This document shows positions 12,831-25,104 of a DNA stretch of 64,000 bases, piece by piece (the stretch's first letter is position 1; every line of letters starts with the position of its first letter). The notes beneath the pieces were generated by a model. It was not told the DNA's origin and made no database searches. It was given only the letters and a program-made list of their open reading frames with translations. Origin of the DNA: Callorhinchus milii (taxonomy: Eukaryota); the NCBI RefSeq assembly GCF_018977255.1, contig NW_024704743.1:54190001-54254000 (forward strand), given 5' to 3'. A program made the translations under genes and the position numbers.

Positions 12831-13449
12831 AAACATAAGTAGAATTATTAATTGTTATTATTTCATTATTATATTTTTCATTCAAATGAGTGAATTTGAG
12901 TGAAAGCGCGAATCATGGGCTTTCATTCAAATAGTGTACTAGCGTCTAACATTGTATCTATTCAAGCTATACATTAAAGATCCCAGGTTTGACTTACTGT
13001 AGTGCTCAAGGAAATAAGTCAGAAATTCCTGAGAGGAGAGGTGTTACATGGTGTCTAAAGGTCGCGATGAGCTTGGCAAGGCCTTTTTTTTGCGTCTTGG
13101 AGGTAGCAACCTTAGCACTGTATCAAATGCAAGGTTTCATGTATTATTACAATACTGGCTTCACTCAACTGAGGTCCTATAGTGTAATGTAACACTCAGA
13201 TGTTGCCTCTGAGCCCATAAAAATGTACCTTTGCCGTACGTGACTGAATAATCTCAAAAGCTTCTATGAACAAAGCATAGTGCTGGAGCGGGCAGGTGGG
13301 AGTGAAATCAGAGTTAGGGGAGGGCACACTTCAGACCTGAACTCTTACTGAAAACTGAAGAAAGCCCCACTCAGGAATCTGGTGCAATTCATTGAAGCTG
13401 AATTTTTCCCTACTTGTGCATAGCACTGGTCATTTATTGTGAAAACCCA

Positions 13450-13710
13450 TAACAATATTGCTTTTTTATAGTGCTTGATCACGTCAGAATATTTCACATT
13501 TTTTTACATTAGTTACTGGAAAGTGTAGTAATTGGTTTTATAGGCAAATATAGCAGCTATAGCAGCTTGCAGGATCCTGCAAATAGCTGTGAAGTGAACA
13601 ATCAATTTATATTCACCTGAATAGGTAGACAGGACCTTGGTTTAACGTCTCATCCAAAGATTGGCACCTCTGGCAATGCATTGCTGCCTCAGAATTGCTG
13701 AGCCAAGCTG
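13450..13710 (-). mobile_element. Family B SINE fragment
   Basis: cacctgaataggtagacaggaccttggtttaacgtctcatccaaag. Confidence 0.75.
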
Positions 13711-13741
13711 GTCTGCAATATAATACAATTTACAATTATTT

Positions 13742-14690
13742 AGCAACAACAAATTACATTTATATAGCTCCTTTCACAATGAAAGGAGGTCCCAAGGCAC
13801 TGGACAGTTAAGAGCTGAGCTGGAGGTTGGAATCATGAGGGTTGGAGAGTAGGGGGAATGGGGGTGGGAGTGTGGCCGATGGCACAGTCAAAGAGGAAGG
13901 TCTTGAAATGGGCCTTGAAGGAGGGAAGGGGATGAGGCGGAGGGATTCAGGAATGAAGTTCCAGAGGGTGGAGACAAAAATGCAGAAGGCACATCCTGGC
14001 GCAGACAGGGTGGGTGACCTGGTCAATGCCCACCGAACGAAGGGAGCGACAGTTGGTCCGGTATTAACAGGTCACAGAGGTAGGGAGGAGCATGACCATG
14101 GAGACCTTTAAAAATGAGGTGAGGATTTTAAACTCGATCTTCTGAGGGATGGGGAGCCAGTGGAACTGGGCAAGGATGGGGGTGATTGGTTCATGGAGAT
14201 TAGTACGGGAGAGGAAAGGAGCTGCAGAGTTCTGGATATCTGCAGTTGCGGAGGGAAGAGTTGGCATGCCCGGCAAGCAGGGAGTTTGCATAGTTGAGCC
14301 TGGATATGACGAATGCATGAATGAGGGTCTCAGTGGCCCTGGGTGAAAGGCAATGGCGGAGGCGGCCAATGTTATAGAGGTGGTGGGAAGGAAGAACATG
14401 GCGCCGATGTGTGGTTTGAAGGACAGCTGTGGGTTGAACAGAACACCGAGGTTCCGTACTGGCTCTGTGAAATAGAGTGTGCACCCGTGAACAATTATGT
14501 TAATGCCAGAGGTGTGTATGCGCTGATGGGAGCCAAGCAGGCGGGCTTTTGTCTTGTTGACATTTAGCTGGAGAAAGTTAGCTCTCATCCAGGACTTGAT
14601 GTCTAACAATCTGCCAGGACAGCAGGGATCCTGGAGTCTAGGGTGGAGGCAGAGAGATAACACTGTCGTCCATATACATATCCACATAGT
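13742..14690 (-). mobile_element. L2 LINE, RT C-terminal part plus 3' end, frameshifted
   Basis: DIKSWMRANFLQLNVNKTK, VRNLGVLFNPQLSF, ETLIHAFVISRLNYANSLL, HWLPIPQKIEFKIL. Confidence 0.95.
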
Positions 14691-14739
14691 GCTGGATGGG
14701 GCAACCATGGTTGGGGGTGGGAGCCATGCCTAGGGGTGG

Positions 14740-15157
14740 GAGTTGAGGGTAGCCTAAATTGGCCCAGGGTCGGAATGGCCAGGTCGGATTACTGGTCCTG
14801 GTCCCTCTAATACCACTGTTAATTTTTGTGTTTTAGATGAGAAGGGATAGATCAGGCTTGGCTGTGACACCCTGTACAGTAAAACTGCCTGTCAACACTC
14901 ACACCAGGTTAAGTGTAGAAAACCACCTGGGTTCCTGTACAGCACCTTTACTGGTTGTGCTTGTTTGTGGTAAGTAGATGAGGAGTGATTAGGCTCAGCT
15001 TTGACACTCTCTACTGTTGAGTAGCCTGTGAATGCTCACTGAGGAGGCTCAAACAAGAACAACAGTCATTTGGTCAGATACTGGAAACCAGCTCCAACCA
15101 AATCACACTTCATACAGCAAGTGGAAGCTGAGGAGGAGAGACAATAGGGAAAAAAAT
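14740..15157 (+). mobile_element. Old SINE-like element with an internal ~140 bp duplication and A-rich end
   Basis: Two related units begin agatgag..gat(c/t)aggct(tg/ca)gct(g/t)tgacac at 14835 and 14976; ends gggaaaaaaaa. Resembles a shark repeat recalled from memory. Confidence 0.45.
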
Positions 15158-15459
15158 TGGACACACTAAACTTAGATAGAAAAATATTGCACAATTCAAA
15201 ACAAATTCAAAATTCTGCATAATTCTTATATTTCCAGGTAAAGGTCTTCAGGTTAAGACATGCAAAATTTTGGGTCTCAGATCATACATCCTAGGCAACA
15301 TATATTTAAACTGACAAGATAGGTAAGTTTTGTGGTAAGTCAGTTTTTCAAATTAAAAAATAATTTTCAGCATTTAAAATTTCTCTATCAAGATTGGTGA
15401 GGATAAGGAACTGGATATAAAGTTGTGATAAGATTGGAAATTCTTTCTTTACAAATACA

Positions 15460-15628
15460 ACTGGTCACTCACTTCATGGCTGTTTGTGGGATATTGCTGT
15501 GTGCAAATTGGCTGCCGAGTTCGCCTATAAATTGCACAGTCACTACACTTTAAAGTAAAGCCTATGAAGCATTTAGAGTCATCTCAATGGTGTGAGAAGG
15601 TGCTATATTAAATGCAAGGATTATTATA
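15460..15628 (+). mobile_element. Family B SINE 3' half
   Basis: ctggtcactcacttcatggctgtttgtgggatattgctgtgtgcaaattggctgcc plus tail. Confidence 0.85.
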
Positions 15629-15689
15629 TGTGTTAGGAGTTTTATTTGGGGTCTTCAAGAGAAAAGTGCTGGGCTTCACTTTTCACCAG

Positions 15690-15806
15690 TGTAACATGGG
15701 AATTTCCATATATAGATGGGATACAAGAAATTCTCAATTTGGTTTGGATACTCTTAAGCATGCTGATGGGTTTCCACATGTGTCAGACACCTGGCTGATC
15801 AAAAAA
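15690..15806 (+). repeat. Family U 3' end
   Basis: ggatactcttaagcatgctgatgggtttccacatgtgtcagacacctggctgatcaaaaaa. Confidence 0.8.
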
Positions 15807-15879
15807 CCCACCAGTATAAATATAACACAGATTAAATGCTCGCAAATCTTTCCCCTCACCTTGTTTTAGTTGTAATTAA

Positions 15880-16280
15880 TCATAATAAAGATGATTCTCT
15901 CATGTACCATAGAGCCTGCCACATCAAAACATTCCAAAGTGCTTTACAGGTAACTGCTCTCAAACATAGTGGCTGTGTATTCATAGGTAAATATAATAGA
16001 CAATTTACACTTAACAAGGTGCCACAAATAGACAACAAATAGAGTAGCTAGTTTACATGGAATGTTAGCTGTACACCAGGAAACACTGCCTTCTCTATTC
16101 AAGCCGTGCCAAGATGACACTGATGTGACCTTGGTTTAATATCTCATCCAAAGGAAGGCATCTCTAACAAAGCAGTACTTCCCAGTACTGCACTGGCATG
16201 TTAATGTGAGCTGTGAGTCCTGGCATGTGGGGCTTCAACCCACAAATTGTTGACCCAGCGACTACCAACTGAGCCAAGCA
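15880..16280 (-). mobile_element. Family B SINE, degraded
   Basis: ccttggtttaatatctcatccaaagg...ctaccaactgagccaagc. Confidence 0.75.
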
Positions 16281-16589
16281 GATGCACCTCAACATCAGAA
16301 GAGCGCTCAGCATCAGTGATTTCCCACATCTACTTACTTTGTTGTTCCTCTGAATAAGGGCCATTAAGTGCACTGATTATGGGCAGTTTTTTGTGTAGAC
16401 ATGTGTCCTCTGGGAATTGGGTTAAAACTTCCTAAGTTAGTTTCACTGAAGAGTCTTAAAGCCATCAGACAGAGGAGACTTTCATCTGATAATTTGGGGT
16501 AAGATTCAAGTGAAGCGCTGAAGGTCAAAAGCTTACAATCTAACTCAATCCCCTTCGTAGATAGTGGTGCTACAGATTCTGTGATATAA

Positions 16590-16607
16590 CAGCTCCCTCT
16601 GTTGGGT
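16590..16607 (-). promoter_or_regulatory. Candidate CTCF site
   Basis: The minus strand reads ACCCAACAGAGGGAGCTG, close to the CTCF core CCA(C/G)(C/T)AG(A/G)(G/T)GGC(A/G)C, in unique sequence. Confidence 0.5.
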
Positions 16608-16830
16608 GCAGCCTATAAACATCAAAGAAAATAAGTGTTTTTGTGCAGATTGAGGAAAGTAAGAATGACACGAAGTTCGGTGTTTTGGGGCAGCTGCCCT
16701 GATTGTGCATTGTTATCAAAAGCTGCAGTCTTCCAAATTTCCCTTCTAAATAACAAAATGTTATGTGTTTCCGCTATGGATACTCTTAGCATTGCAATAA
16801 TAATTCTTGCATTTGATGTAGCAGCTTATT

Positions 16831-17193
16831 ATAATAATAATAATCCTTGCATTTGATATAGCGCTTTTCACGTCTTCTAGATGTCTCAAAGCGCTTCACA
16901 GAATATACTGTAAAGTGCATAGACTGTATATTTGTGGGCAAAACGCGGCAGCCAATTGCGCATAGTAGTGTCCCACAAACAGTCGTGGATTGAGTGACCA
17001 AATTATTTTTTTTTAGGGATTATTATCCCCGGAAAAGTGATCCGCCAATCAACTAACAACTAGATTCTACTTACTGCTGGGTAAACAGAGGCGTGTGGAG
17101 TAAGGAAACTTGCCCAACGTTTCGCCCTGCTGGGAATAGAACCCAGATCTTGCTTGCAAGGTGAATGCTCTAACCACCGAGGTATAGGACTCC
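16831..17193 (-). mobile_element. Family A SINE (long form)
   Basis: Family A plus the extra block ggaaaagtgatccgccaatc...ttactgctgggtaaacagaggc. Confidence 0.92.
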
Positions 17194-18087
17194 ATTATGT
17201 CAAAATGTTTCAAAAGCTTGACTGTTTTTTGTATAGTGTAGTGCCAATTTCTACAATGTCGTACAAACAGCCATGAGGTCAATTATTCATTTTGTTGGCT
17301 AAGATGTCTGGAGAAAATTCCTTCTTTCTATTGTAAATTTTCAGCTGCTCCCCAAAATATATTGTGTGATGCAGTTCATTGAGGGAAATACATTCAGTGA
17401 AACTATGGAAAAAAATGTCTGAGACCCATTCTTAAATTTTAATAAACTCCTACTCTTTAATTATTTCTATGGAGTGGAGGAATTGAATTATTCACGAAGA
17501 TCGGTATGTTTTGGTGAGATGCAAAAAGTAATAATTCTTCAATTTGGTGTAACCTATTATAGGTTTTCCCAGTGTACTGGCCAACAAATCCCCAAATAAA
17601 ATTGATCACTCACTCCATGGGTGTTTATGGGACATTGCTGTGTGCAACTGGCTGCCTCATTTCATCTACCAAGTACACAGCTTTTGCGTTTGTCCACAAA
17701 ATATACAGACAGTTCACTTTACTGTATATTCCGTGAAGCGCTTTGAGGCGTCTCAAAGATGTGATTAGGCTCTATATCAAATGCAAGGATTATTATATTA
17801 TATTATTATACACGATTTTGCTTCAAATAAGGAACTTGCAGATCTTTCTATGACAGGACAGGATCCTGCTTTAGTGAGTAGTATTTACTCACTAGTGCGG
17901 GATCTGGAACATTGGAAAATAAAGTGACATTGCATGGAAGGTAGAGCCTTATAATTAGACTGAACCAGACGCCTCAAAATTGTGTTTCTGGATTACATGG
18001 TTTGAGCATTGCACAAGGCTGTGAACTTTAAAAGCTTAATAATTAGATTTTCTCTATTGCATGCTTTTTTCAAGCCAAGCCTGGAGA

Positions 18088-18200
18088 AATAAACAAAACA
18101 CAGATGCTAAAAATCTATAAGGAAAACAGAAATGCTGGAAATCCACAGTAAGTGAATACATTTGCTTTGGATGATGGTCTGAAAGAGCCACTATATATAA
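18088..18200 (-). mobile_element. Penelope-like terminal fragment, degraded
   Basis: cagatgctaaaaatctataaggaaaacagaaatgctggaaat resembles 25105-25237. Confidence 0.45.
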
Positions 18201-18334
18201 AGGTTATAGGTTTGCAGGAGAACAAAACCTACAAAACACAAAGGAAGAGGATAAAACGTGATTAAATCTGCTTGACACAGTTTGATGGACTTTGGGACAT
18301 CCTCTCCATGTTATTCCAAATGCAACGATTATTA

Positions 18335-19590
18335 CATTACAACAACAAGATTCCATTTATAGAGCGCCTTTCACTTCGGGAGGACATCCCAAGGCGATGG
18401 ACAGTTGGGTCAGGACCCGAGCAGGGGGGAAATGGTCAGGGTGAGGGGAGGGAAGGGAGGGAGCAAGGAGGGGGTAGAGAGTCGAGAGGGGAGCTGAAGG
18501 CACGGTCAAAGAGAAAGGTCTTGAGACCGGCCTTGAAGGAGGAAAGGGAGGAGGCGGCGAAAGCACTGGGGGATAGAGTTCCAGAGCCTGGGGGCTGAGA
18601 GGCTGAAGGCCCGGCCACCGATGGTAGGGCGGTTGGGGCGGGGGATGTGGAGCAGACCGGAGCCAGAGGAACGGAGGGTACGGGCAGGTAGGTAGGGGGA
18701 TAGTAGGTCAGAGAGGTAGGAGGGAGCGAGGCCGTGAATGGCCTTGTAGGTGAGGATGAGGATCTTGAAATCGATCCTCTGGGGGATGGGGAGCCAGTGG
18801 AGGTGAGCGAGGGTGGGTGTGATGTGGTCCCGAAGCCTGGTGCGGGACAGTACACGAGCTGCAGAGTTCTGAATGACCTGCAGCTTGTGGAGGGAGGTGC
18901 CGGGAAGGCCGACGAGGAGAGAGTTCCCATAGTCCAGCCTTGAGGTGATAAAGGCGTGGACCAGAGTTTCAGCAGCTGAGGGGTGAGGTAGTGCCGTAGT
19001 CTGGCTCGGTCCGGAGGTGATGGAAGGCGGTGCCAGTTGTGTCGCGGATATGAGGAAGAAAGGACAGCTCAGGGTCGAACAGAACCCCGAGGTTCCTGAC
19101 TGGCTTTGAGAGGTGGAGAGTGCAGCCTTGGATGCTGATGCTGTCAGCGCCTGAGGTGCGGAGGTGCTGACGTGAGCCAATCAGGAGGGCCTCAGTTTTA
19201 CGAACGTTGAGCTGAAGAAAGTTGTCTCTCGTCCAGGACTCGATGTTGGACAGGCAGCTGTCAGGACATCGGTGGTCATGGAGTTGAGGGTAGAGGAGGA
19301 AAGATAGAATTGGGTGTCATCCGCATATATGTGGAAGTTAACCCCATGTCTGCGGATAATGTTACCAAGGGGGAGCGTATAGAGGGTGAAGAGGAGAGGA
19401 CCGAGGACAGAGCCCTGAGGGACACCGCACGAGACAGTGCGGAGGCTGGAGGAAAAGCCGTTTGTGGAAACCAAATGAAGGCGGTGGGAGACGTACAACT
19501 TAAACCACTCAAGGGACAGGGCCTTGAAGGTTGAGGTGGGAGGACAAGCGGTGGAGGAGGATAGCGTTGTCAACCGTATCGAATGCTGCT
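18335..19590 (-). mobile_element. L2 LINE, longest copy (RT core to 3' tail), 5'-truncated and frameshifted
   Basis: [85 protein letters not shown], spread over the broken ORFs 19181-19573 and 18506-19180. Confidence 0.97.
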
Positions 19591-19724
19591 GATTATTATA
19601 TTTTAAGAGAAGAGTTTCCCTTGTGTCCTGGCCAACGATCCCTCAGATTGGTCATTCACCGCACAACTGTTTGCTGGACGTTGTATGTAAAATGTCTGGC
19701 ATCTTTACCAATAAATATACATCA

Positions 19725-20075
19725 GTAACAACTTGCATTTAGATAATGACCTTCACACAGGATACAGTCTTATAGAGTGCTACACAGTGGTGGGGTTGGA
19801 CATCGACGAGGGAGAAGAGAGAGGTGACCATAGGTTCGGTCGAAGAGGTAAGAATTCTGGTGGTGTTTAATGATAAAGAGGGAGGAAGGCAGAGGGATTG
19901 AGACAGAGAGTTCCAGAGGTTTGGGGTGTAGTGACTGAGGGCACAGCCACCGATGATGAGCAGGCCTGTGTTAGCTGAGTAAAGGGGGTGAGCAGGGGAG
20001 TGGGCTTCAAGGACAGAGAGGTAGAGAGGTGACAAGGAATGAAGAAATTTGCATGTGAGGGTGAGGATCTTGAAG
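19725..20075 (-). mobile_element. L2 LINE 3' fragment
   Basis: FKILTLTCKFLHSLSPLYLS...PNLWNSLSQSL; tail caacttgcatttagata. Confidence 0.85.
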
Positions 20076-21164
20076 TTATTTCGAATCTTGAAATGCTTTC
20101 GATAAATCCTGTAAAGCACTTAAAGATGTTTTGAAGATGCAATAAGGCGCTAGATTAAAATGCAAGTTTCTTTTCATTATTTTTTTTTCTTATGAACTGC
20201 TAAGCTTCCAGGTTTGTATATAGACCTCAATAAGCGCAAATTTTAGCTGTTCATTGCAGTTACCCATACTGTTCTCTTGGGATTTTTTTTCTCTGAGTTT
20301 TGAAGAAATTTTACACCTTGTTACAACCATCTCAACTGTTTCTTTCCCTCTTTCCCATTAACAGCATTCTGTGAAGCACTTTGAAATGTTTTGACATGGT
20401 AAGGTGCTCAATCAAATGTAAGAATTTTTTTATTACCTAAAAATGAAAACAATTTTGCTGTGAAGAAGCAGAGTACGTTACTATTATTACTGGTTATAAA
20501 TTCTACAGCACAGTTCATTGCATAGCTTTATATTGCAATGTTAATTACTAATTCTGTTCCCTTCTGTTTAGTGTTAGAAACATTTTAGTTTAATATCAGC
20601 AACATTTCTACAAAATTGAAGGTATTTTTTTGCCAGTGGACTTAGGTTTAGAATAATCATTATTGATGTAAGTTATAATGATGGAAGATTCCATTCATCT
20701 CCCAAAGTGATTCATGGGATGTACTGTAAAGTGCATATGTGAGTGAATATGGCAGCGAATTTGCCCACAGCAATGCCTCACAGACAGCCAAGGAATGAGT
20801 AACCAATAAGTAAACTTTGTTTAAAAGCTGTCCATTCCATTTTCTCATGGAATTTTTAGAATTTTTTTCTCTTTTTTTTCTTTAACGTTTTACTGGAATT
20901 TCACATCCTGTTCCATGCATCTCATCTGTGTTTTGGTCCCCACTCCATTTATAGTGATTTGACTGCAGATTGTGACAAAAGATTCAAACAAAGGGATAAC
21001 CAATGGCATGGTGATGTGGCAAGTTGTGCTCTGCTATATAGTTGAGTTCATGCTTCAGATTCCCCATATTATGACTTTCCAGTCTTAGCAGTGTTATCAT
21101 TAGGAGTTTAGAGATAGGCAATTTCTCTTTAGAAAGAAAATTGCAAATAGATAATAATTGTCAA

Positions 21165-21680
21165 TAATAATAATCCTTGCATTTTATATACTGCTTTTCA
21201 TATTGGGAAGATGTCTCAAAGCACTTAAAAGAAATGACTGTAAAATATATTGACTGTGTATTTTGTAGGCGAATGCAGCAGACAGTTTACAAAATAAACC
21301 ACAAACAGCCATGAAGTGAATGATCAATTTTACCTTAGGGATTGTTGGCCAAGATATAAGGAGAAATGCCTGTCTCAAGTTGAAACCGCTCAGTTAATTA
21401 CTATTAAGTGTAGTGTCTTTTTTGTTGACAAACTTGGTAGCAATGTGCACCAACAAGATCCCACAAACAGCCACAAGGTGAATGATAATTAATCTTGAGA
21501 CACTCCTTTGTCTTTTTGTAATAATATCATTGAATCTTTAATGTACGTCCAGAGAGAACCTTGGTTTAACTCATGACTATCTAGCATTCCTATACTGCCA
21601 GCCTAGACTATGAAATTAAGTCTTGATGTGGACTTGAACCCATAATGTTTTATTAGGAGACAAGAACGCTTAGCAACTGA
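21165..21680 (-). mobile_element. Two adjacent family B SINE fragments
   Basis: Two ccacaaacagcc Deu blocks (~21300, ~21460), one tail and one head. Confidence 0.7.
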
Positions 21681-22518
21681 CATAGAGCTCTTGCATGCTT
21701 TTAGGCAGTGTCTTATGGAATGACATGGCAGAGCAGGCTGGTGCATTTCACAAGAAAGCTTTGGAAAATTTATTTTCCTTCACTCCATTAAAACAAAAAG
21801 AATAATTTGAGAAACCGACACATTTATGCTTTGGGGAACTCCCAATTGGTGCAACAAATCTCACAATGTGATGTCTGTTTGTTTTATGGGTCTTACTTAA
21901 TGGTACAACACATGGGAACAATTTACAGGTTTTTTTTGCAACATTGCAAATCATTTATACAGGTGTGAATTCATTTTGGAGGGGTCCAATACAGACTTGC
22001 TGATTGAGTTTAATTTCCACATTTTGACCATTAGCTACAAGTGGGAGGCATGAAAAATGATGACACAACATTGCCAGATATGAATGTAACTGTTAACGGG
22101 TTTATTAAAGTATATTTGACCTAATTCGGAGGTGTTGCTAGAAAGTCTTGCTAATTTGCTAACATATATCATTTGTTTTTTAGTAAGTGTATGTTATAGT
22201 TGGGTTTACTGTGTCTGGTTCACTGGCTTCAACTGGAGAATTCTTTGACATGAATCCTCAAACTTTACTGACTGCTTAAGAAATTTAAAGTATCAGTAAA
22301 ATAGCAAATCTTTCTGAACAAATCCATTTTGCTTATCAACAAATTACAATAAATGTTTGCAAGTATGGGATCTAAAACAGAATTTAGGATGGACTTCTTC
22401 ATGCAAAGAGCAGTGAAAATTTATAATTCATTGCCTGAAGTAATTGGTGAAATGTTAATATAGATGCATTTAAAAGGAAACGAGAATATACAAATGAAAG
22501 AGCAGGGAATAGAAGGTA

Positions 22519-22642
22519 TGGGAGTGGAGAAAGGAGTGTGTGTGTGTGTGTGGGGGGGGGGGGGGGAATGGAGTAAGGAGTGTGTGTGGGGAGGGGGGAA
22601 TGGAGTAAGGAGTGTGTGTGTGAGTGGGTGGGTGGGAATGGA
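22519..22642. repeat. G-rich minisatellite (ggaatggagtaaggagtgtgtgtg + G run), about 4 units
   Basis: The unit atggagtaaggagtgt recurs at ~22568, 22600 and 22618+, separated by (GT)n and G runs. Confidence 0.85.
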
Positions 22643-22732
22643 GTAAGGAGTGTATGTGTGTGATGCATTTTTTCTATTGCATCAAGATTTTGTTGGAATA
22701 AAGGGGCATAACAGCACTGGGGGGGTTGTATA

Positions 22733-22880
22733 TAAGAACATAGGAATTGCTAGACGAAAGAAGACCATCCATTTCACCTTCCACCATCCTGGCAGTCACA
22801 TGCACATTATCATATCCCAAATTTTATACTGTATCCCAAGATATTATTTCCTAAAAGAAATCTTATCTAATTTGTTTTTG
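22733..22880 (-). mobile_element. CR1-type LINE 3' end (same family as 12584-12830)
   Basis: ataagaacataggaattgctagacgaaagaagacc...atattatttcctaaaagaaa. Confidence 0.75.
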
Positions 22881-23014
22881 CTTTATACTTGCATAGAGTA
22901 TAAACCCTGGCGTGGACTAATTGAGCTGAATGGCTTGTTTCCGTACAGTATCGGTCCACATAATTCTGTTTTAATTTGACATTGTGCAGCAATATACGGT
23001 GATAAGTGGGAAAA

Positions 23015-23790
23015 CCTAAGACTGGGTCAGTTACCAGTGGAGTTATACAAGGATCTGTTCTGGGTTCTCTGTTGTTCACATTACTCGTGAATGATATGAT
23101 GGAGGTCACTTATAGAATATTAGAAAATGTGCTGCTGACACTAAGCTATGTGACCAGGTGGTGAACAGAAAGGCAATTCATAGTATTCATAGAGATGTGG
23201 ATTTGGACTAATTAAGCAGATGGGTAAAGGAGTGGCAGATGGATATTTAATGTGGCAATAAGTAAGGTAATGCATATTGGAACAGAGAACAAGGAACATG
23301 GGTACATCATGATAAGGTATCTATTAGCATAGATGGAAGAGGAATTGGGTGTGATCATTGACTATTCCCTGGCAGTATCCAGTGACTGAGGCAGCTGTGA
23401 ACAAGAGAAATCATTTACCATATTGGGGAACTTCTGGATAGCATTTTGTTACAAGTAAAATAATTATTCCAATGTTTTAGAGATCACTGGTTGTCATCAC
23501 TTCTGAAATAATGGGAGAATTTTGCACTATTTCTAATAAATAACACACATCTCTCTCATGTGAGGTGACCCCACTGCAAAAATAGACTGATTCGGAGTGT
23601 CATTTCCATAAATTTGCTTCCTGAACTTCTTGGTTTCTTCATCAATAGAAATGTGAAATCAAGAGTTGTGCTGTCTTGGTCACTCTAACTTACTTTTGGC
23701 ATAAAAGCATTGAAAAGTTTTCAGAGAAATATACAAGATGATTCCAGCCTCAGGAATTTATACTATTAAGAAAAACTGAAAGAACTGAAC
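23015..23790 (+). mobile_element. CR1 LINE RT fragment, degraded
   Basis: SVTSGVIQGSVLGSLLFTLLVND, then ADTKL; later a QR..TRMIP-like segment at ~23720-23790. Confidence 0.85.
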
Positions 23791-23849
23791 ACACCTTCAT
23801 TAAAATGATAATAATCATAACAACAATGTAGGTATATATATATTATATA

Positions 23850-24660
23850 TCACACCCTTCCTCAAAAAACCCACCCTTGATCCCTCTAATCTCTCACACT
23901 ACTATCGCATCTCACCATCCATCTCCAACCTACCCTTCCTTGCTAAAGTCTTGGAAAACATTGTTGCAGGTCAACTTCGGTCATACTCCCTCCTCAAGCC
24001 CCTGCAGTCTGGTTTCGCCCTGCCCACAGCACAGAGACGGCCCTTGTCAAAGTCACAAATGACACTCTCTCTATCTGTGATCAGGGCTACCTCTATCTCC
24101 TCGTCCTCCTGGACCTATCTGCTGCGTTCAACACTTTCGACCACGCCATCCTCCTTCATCGGCTCTCCTCCCTCATCTACCTGAGTAAGACTGCACTGCC
24201 CTCATCCTGACCTGGACCAAACTCCGTACCCACATCTCACCAGTTCTGGCCAGGCTCCACTGGCTCCCCATCACCAAATGGATCGACTTCATGATCCTCA
24301 CACTTGTGTTCAAATCCCTTCACTCTCTGGCACCTCTCTAACTCTCCAACCTCCTCATTCCCCAATCCACCACCCGGTGCCTCCACTCGACTGGCACCGG
24401 CCTCCTGCTCGTCCCTCACATCCTCCACTCCACCATCAGAGGTCGCACCTTCAGCCACTACACCCCAAATCTCTGGAACACTCTCCCTCAATCTCACCGT
24501 CTTGCCCCCTCTCTCCTCTTTTAAGTCCTACCTGAAAACCTTCCTCTTCAACCGTGCTTACAGCCATCTCACCTCCGGCTCGGAGTCAGGTTCCGCCATT
24601 ATTAAGTGCTCTGAGACTCTACCCTATATGGAGGGTGCTCTATAAGTGCAAGTTGTTGTA
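23850..24660 (+). mobile_element. L2 LINE, internally deleted
   Basis: [45 protein letters not shown]; tail tgcaagttgttg. Confidence 0.93.
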
Positions 24661-24661
24661 T

Positions 24662-25075
24662 AATAACAATGGAGCTAAATATATCCACTGGACAATTTGT
24701 CAACATTTGTCAAAACCAAGTGGCATGAACATCAACCAGCAAAAGTGACATCAATAGATAACATTGCAATAATCTGAGAATCGCAAGTGGATTCAGATAG
24801 AACGGTAACCTGTAATAAACCAGATATCATTAGAATAATCAATTAGATTGTACATGCAGTATCAATGATCTGGCCATTCGAAGTGACTACAACATACAAA
24901 ATAAGGAACAAGAGAAGATCAGGAAGTATGTTAATCTACAAATTGAATGCAGACGCAGGTGGCAGTACAAGACAAGCATGGTTCCTATAATCATTGGTGC
25001 AATTGGGACTGCTAATAAGAGAATTCAGATATGGCTTGACAAGATACTCAGTGCACAAATGTCCACCTCCTGCAG
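24662..25075 (+). mobile_element. Fossil R4/Dong-type (R2 group) non-LTR retrotransposon, restriction-like endonuclease domain
   Basis: With two frameshifts it translates NNGAKYIHWTIC / KWHEHQPAKV...II*ESQVDSDRTVTCNKPDII / CSINDLAIRSDYNIQNKEQEKIRKYVNLQIECRRRW...VPIIIGAIG, matching the RHN..IHW..WD..PD..D..KE.EK..KY..IGALG pattern. Confidence 0.85.
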
Positions 25076-25104
25076 TTACTTTGATAAGTTCAAATAAACT
25101 AAGA

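Larger units (their letters stand above)
22370..22945 (+). mobile_element. CR1 LINE 3' end, interrupted by a minisatellite and an antisense CR1 tail
   Basis: aggatggacttcttcatgcaaagagcagtg...aattcattgcctgaag (R.FF.QR.V...NSLPE); tail ggactaattgagctgaatggcttgtttcc. Confidence 0.7.

Noticed and set aside
14064..14708. 214 aa ORF as a gene
   Set aside because: It is L2 RT debris that drifts in and out of the ancestral frame.
18436..19573. Longest ORFs (224, 164 and 130 aa) as a host gene or active retrotransposon
   Set aside because: They are frameshifted pieces of one 5'-truncated L2 with no endonuclease domain.
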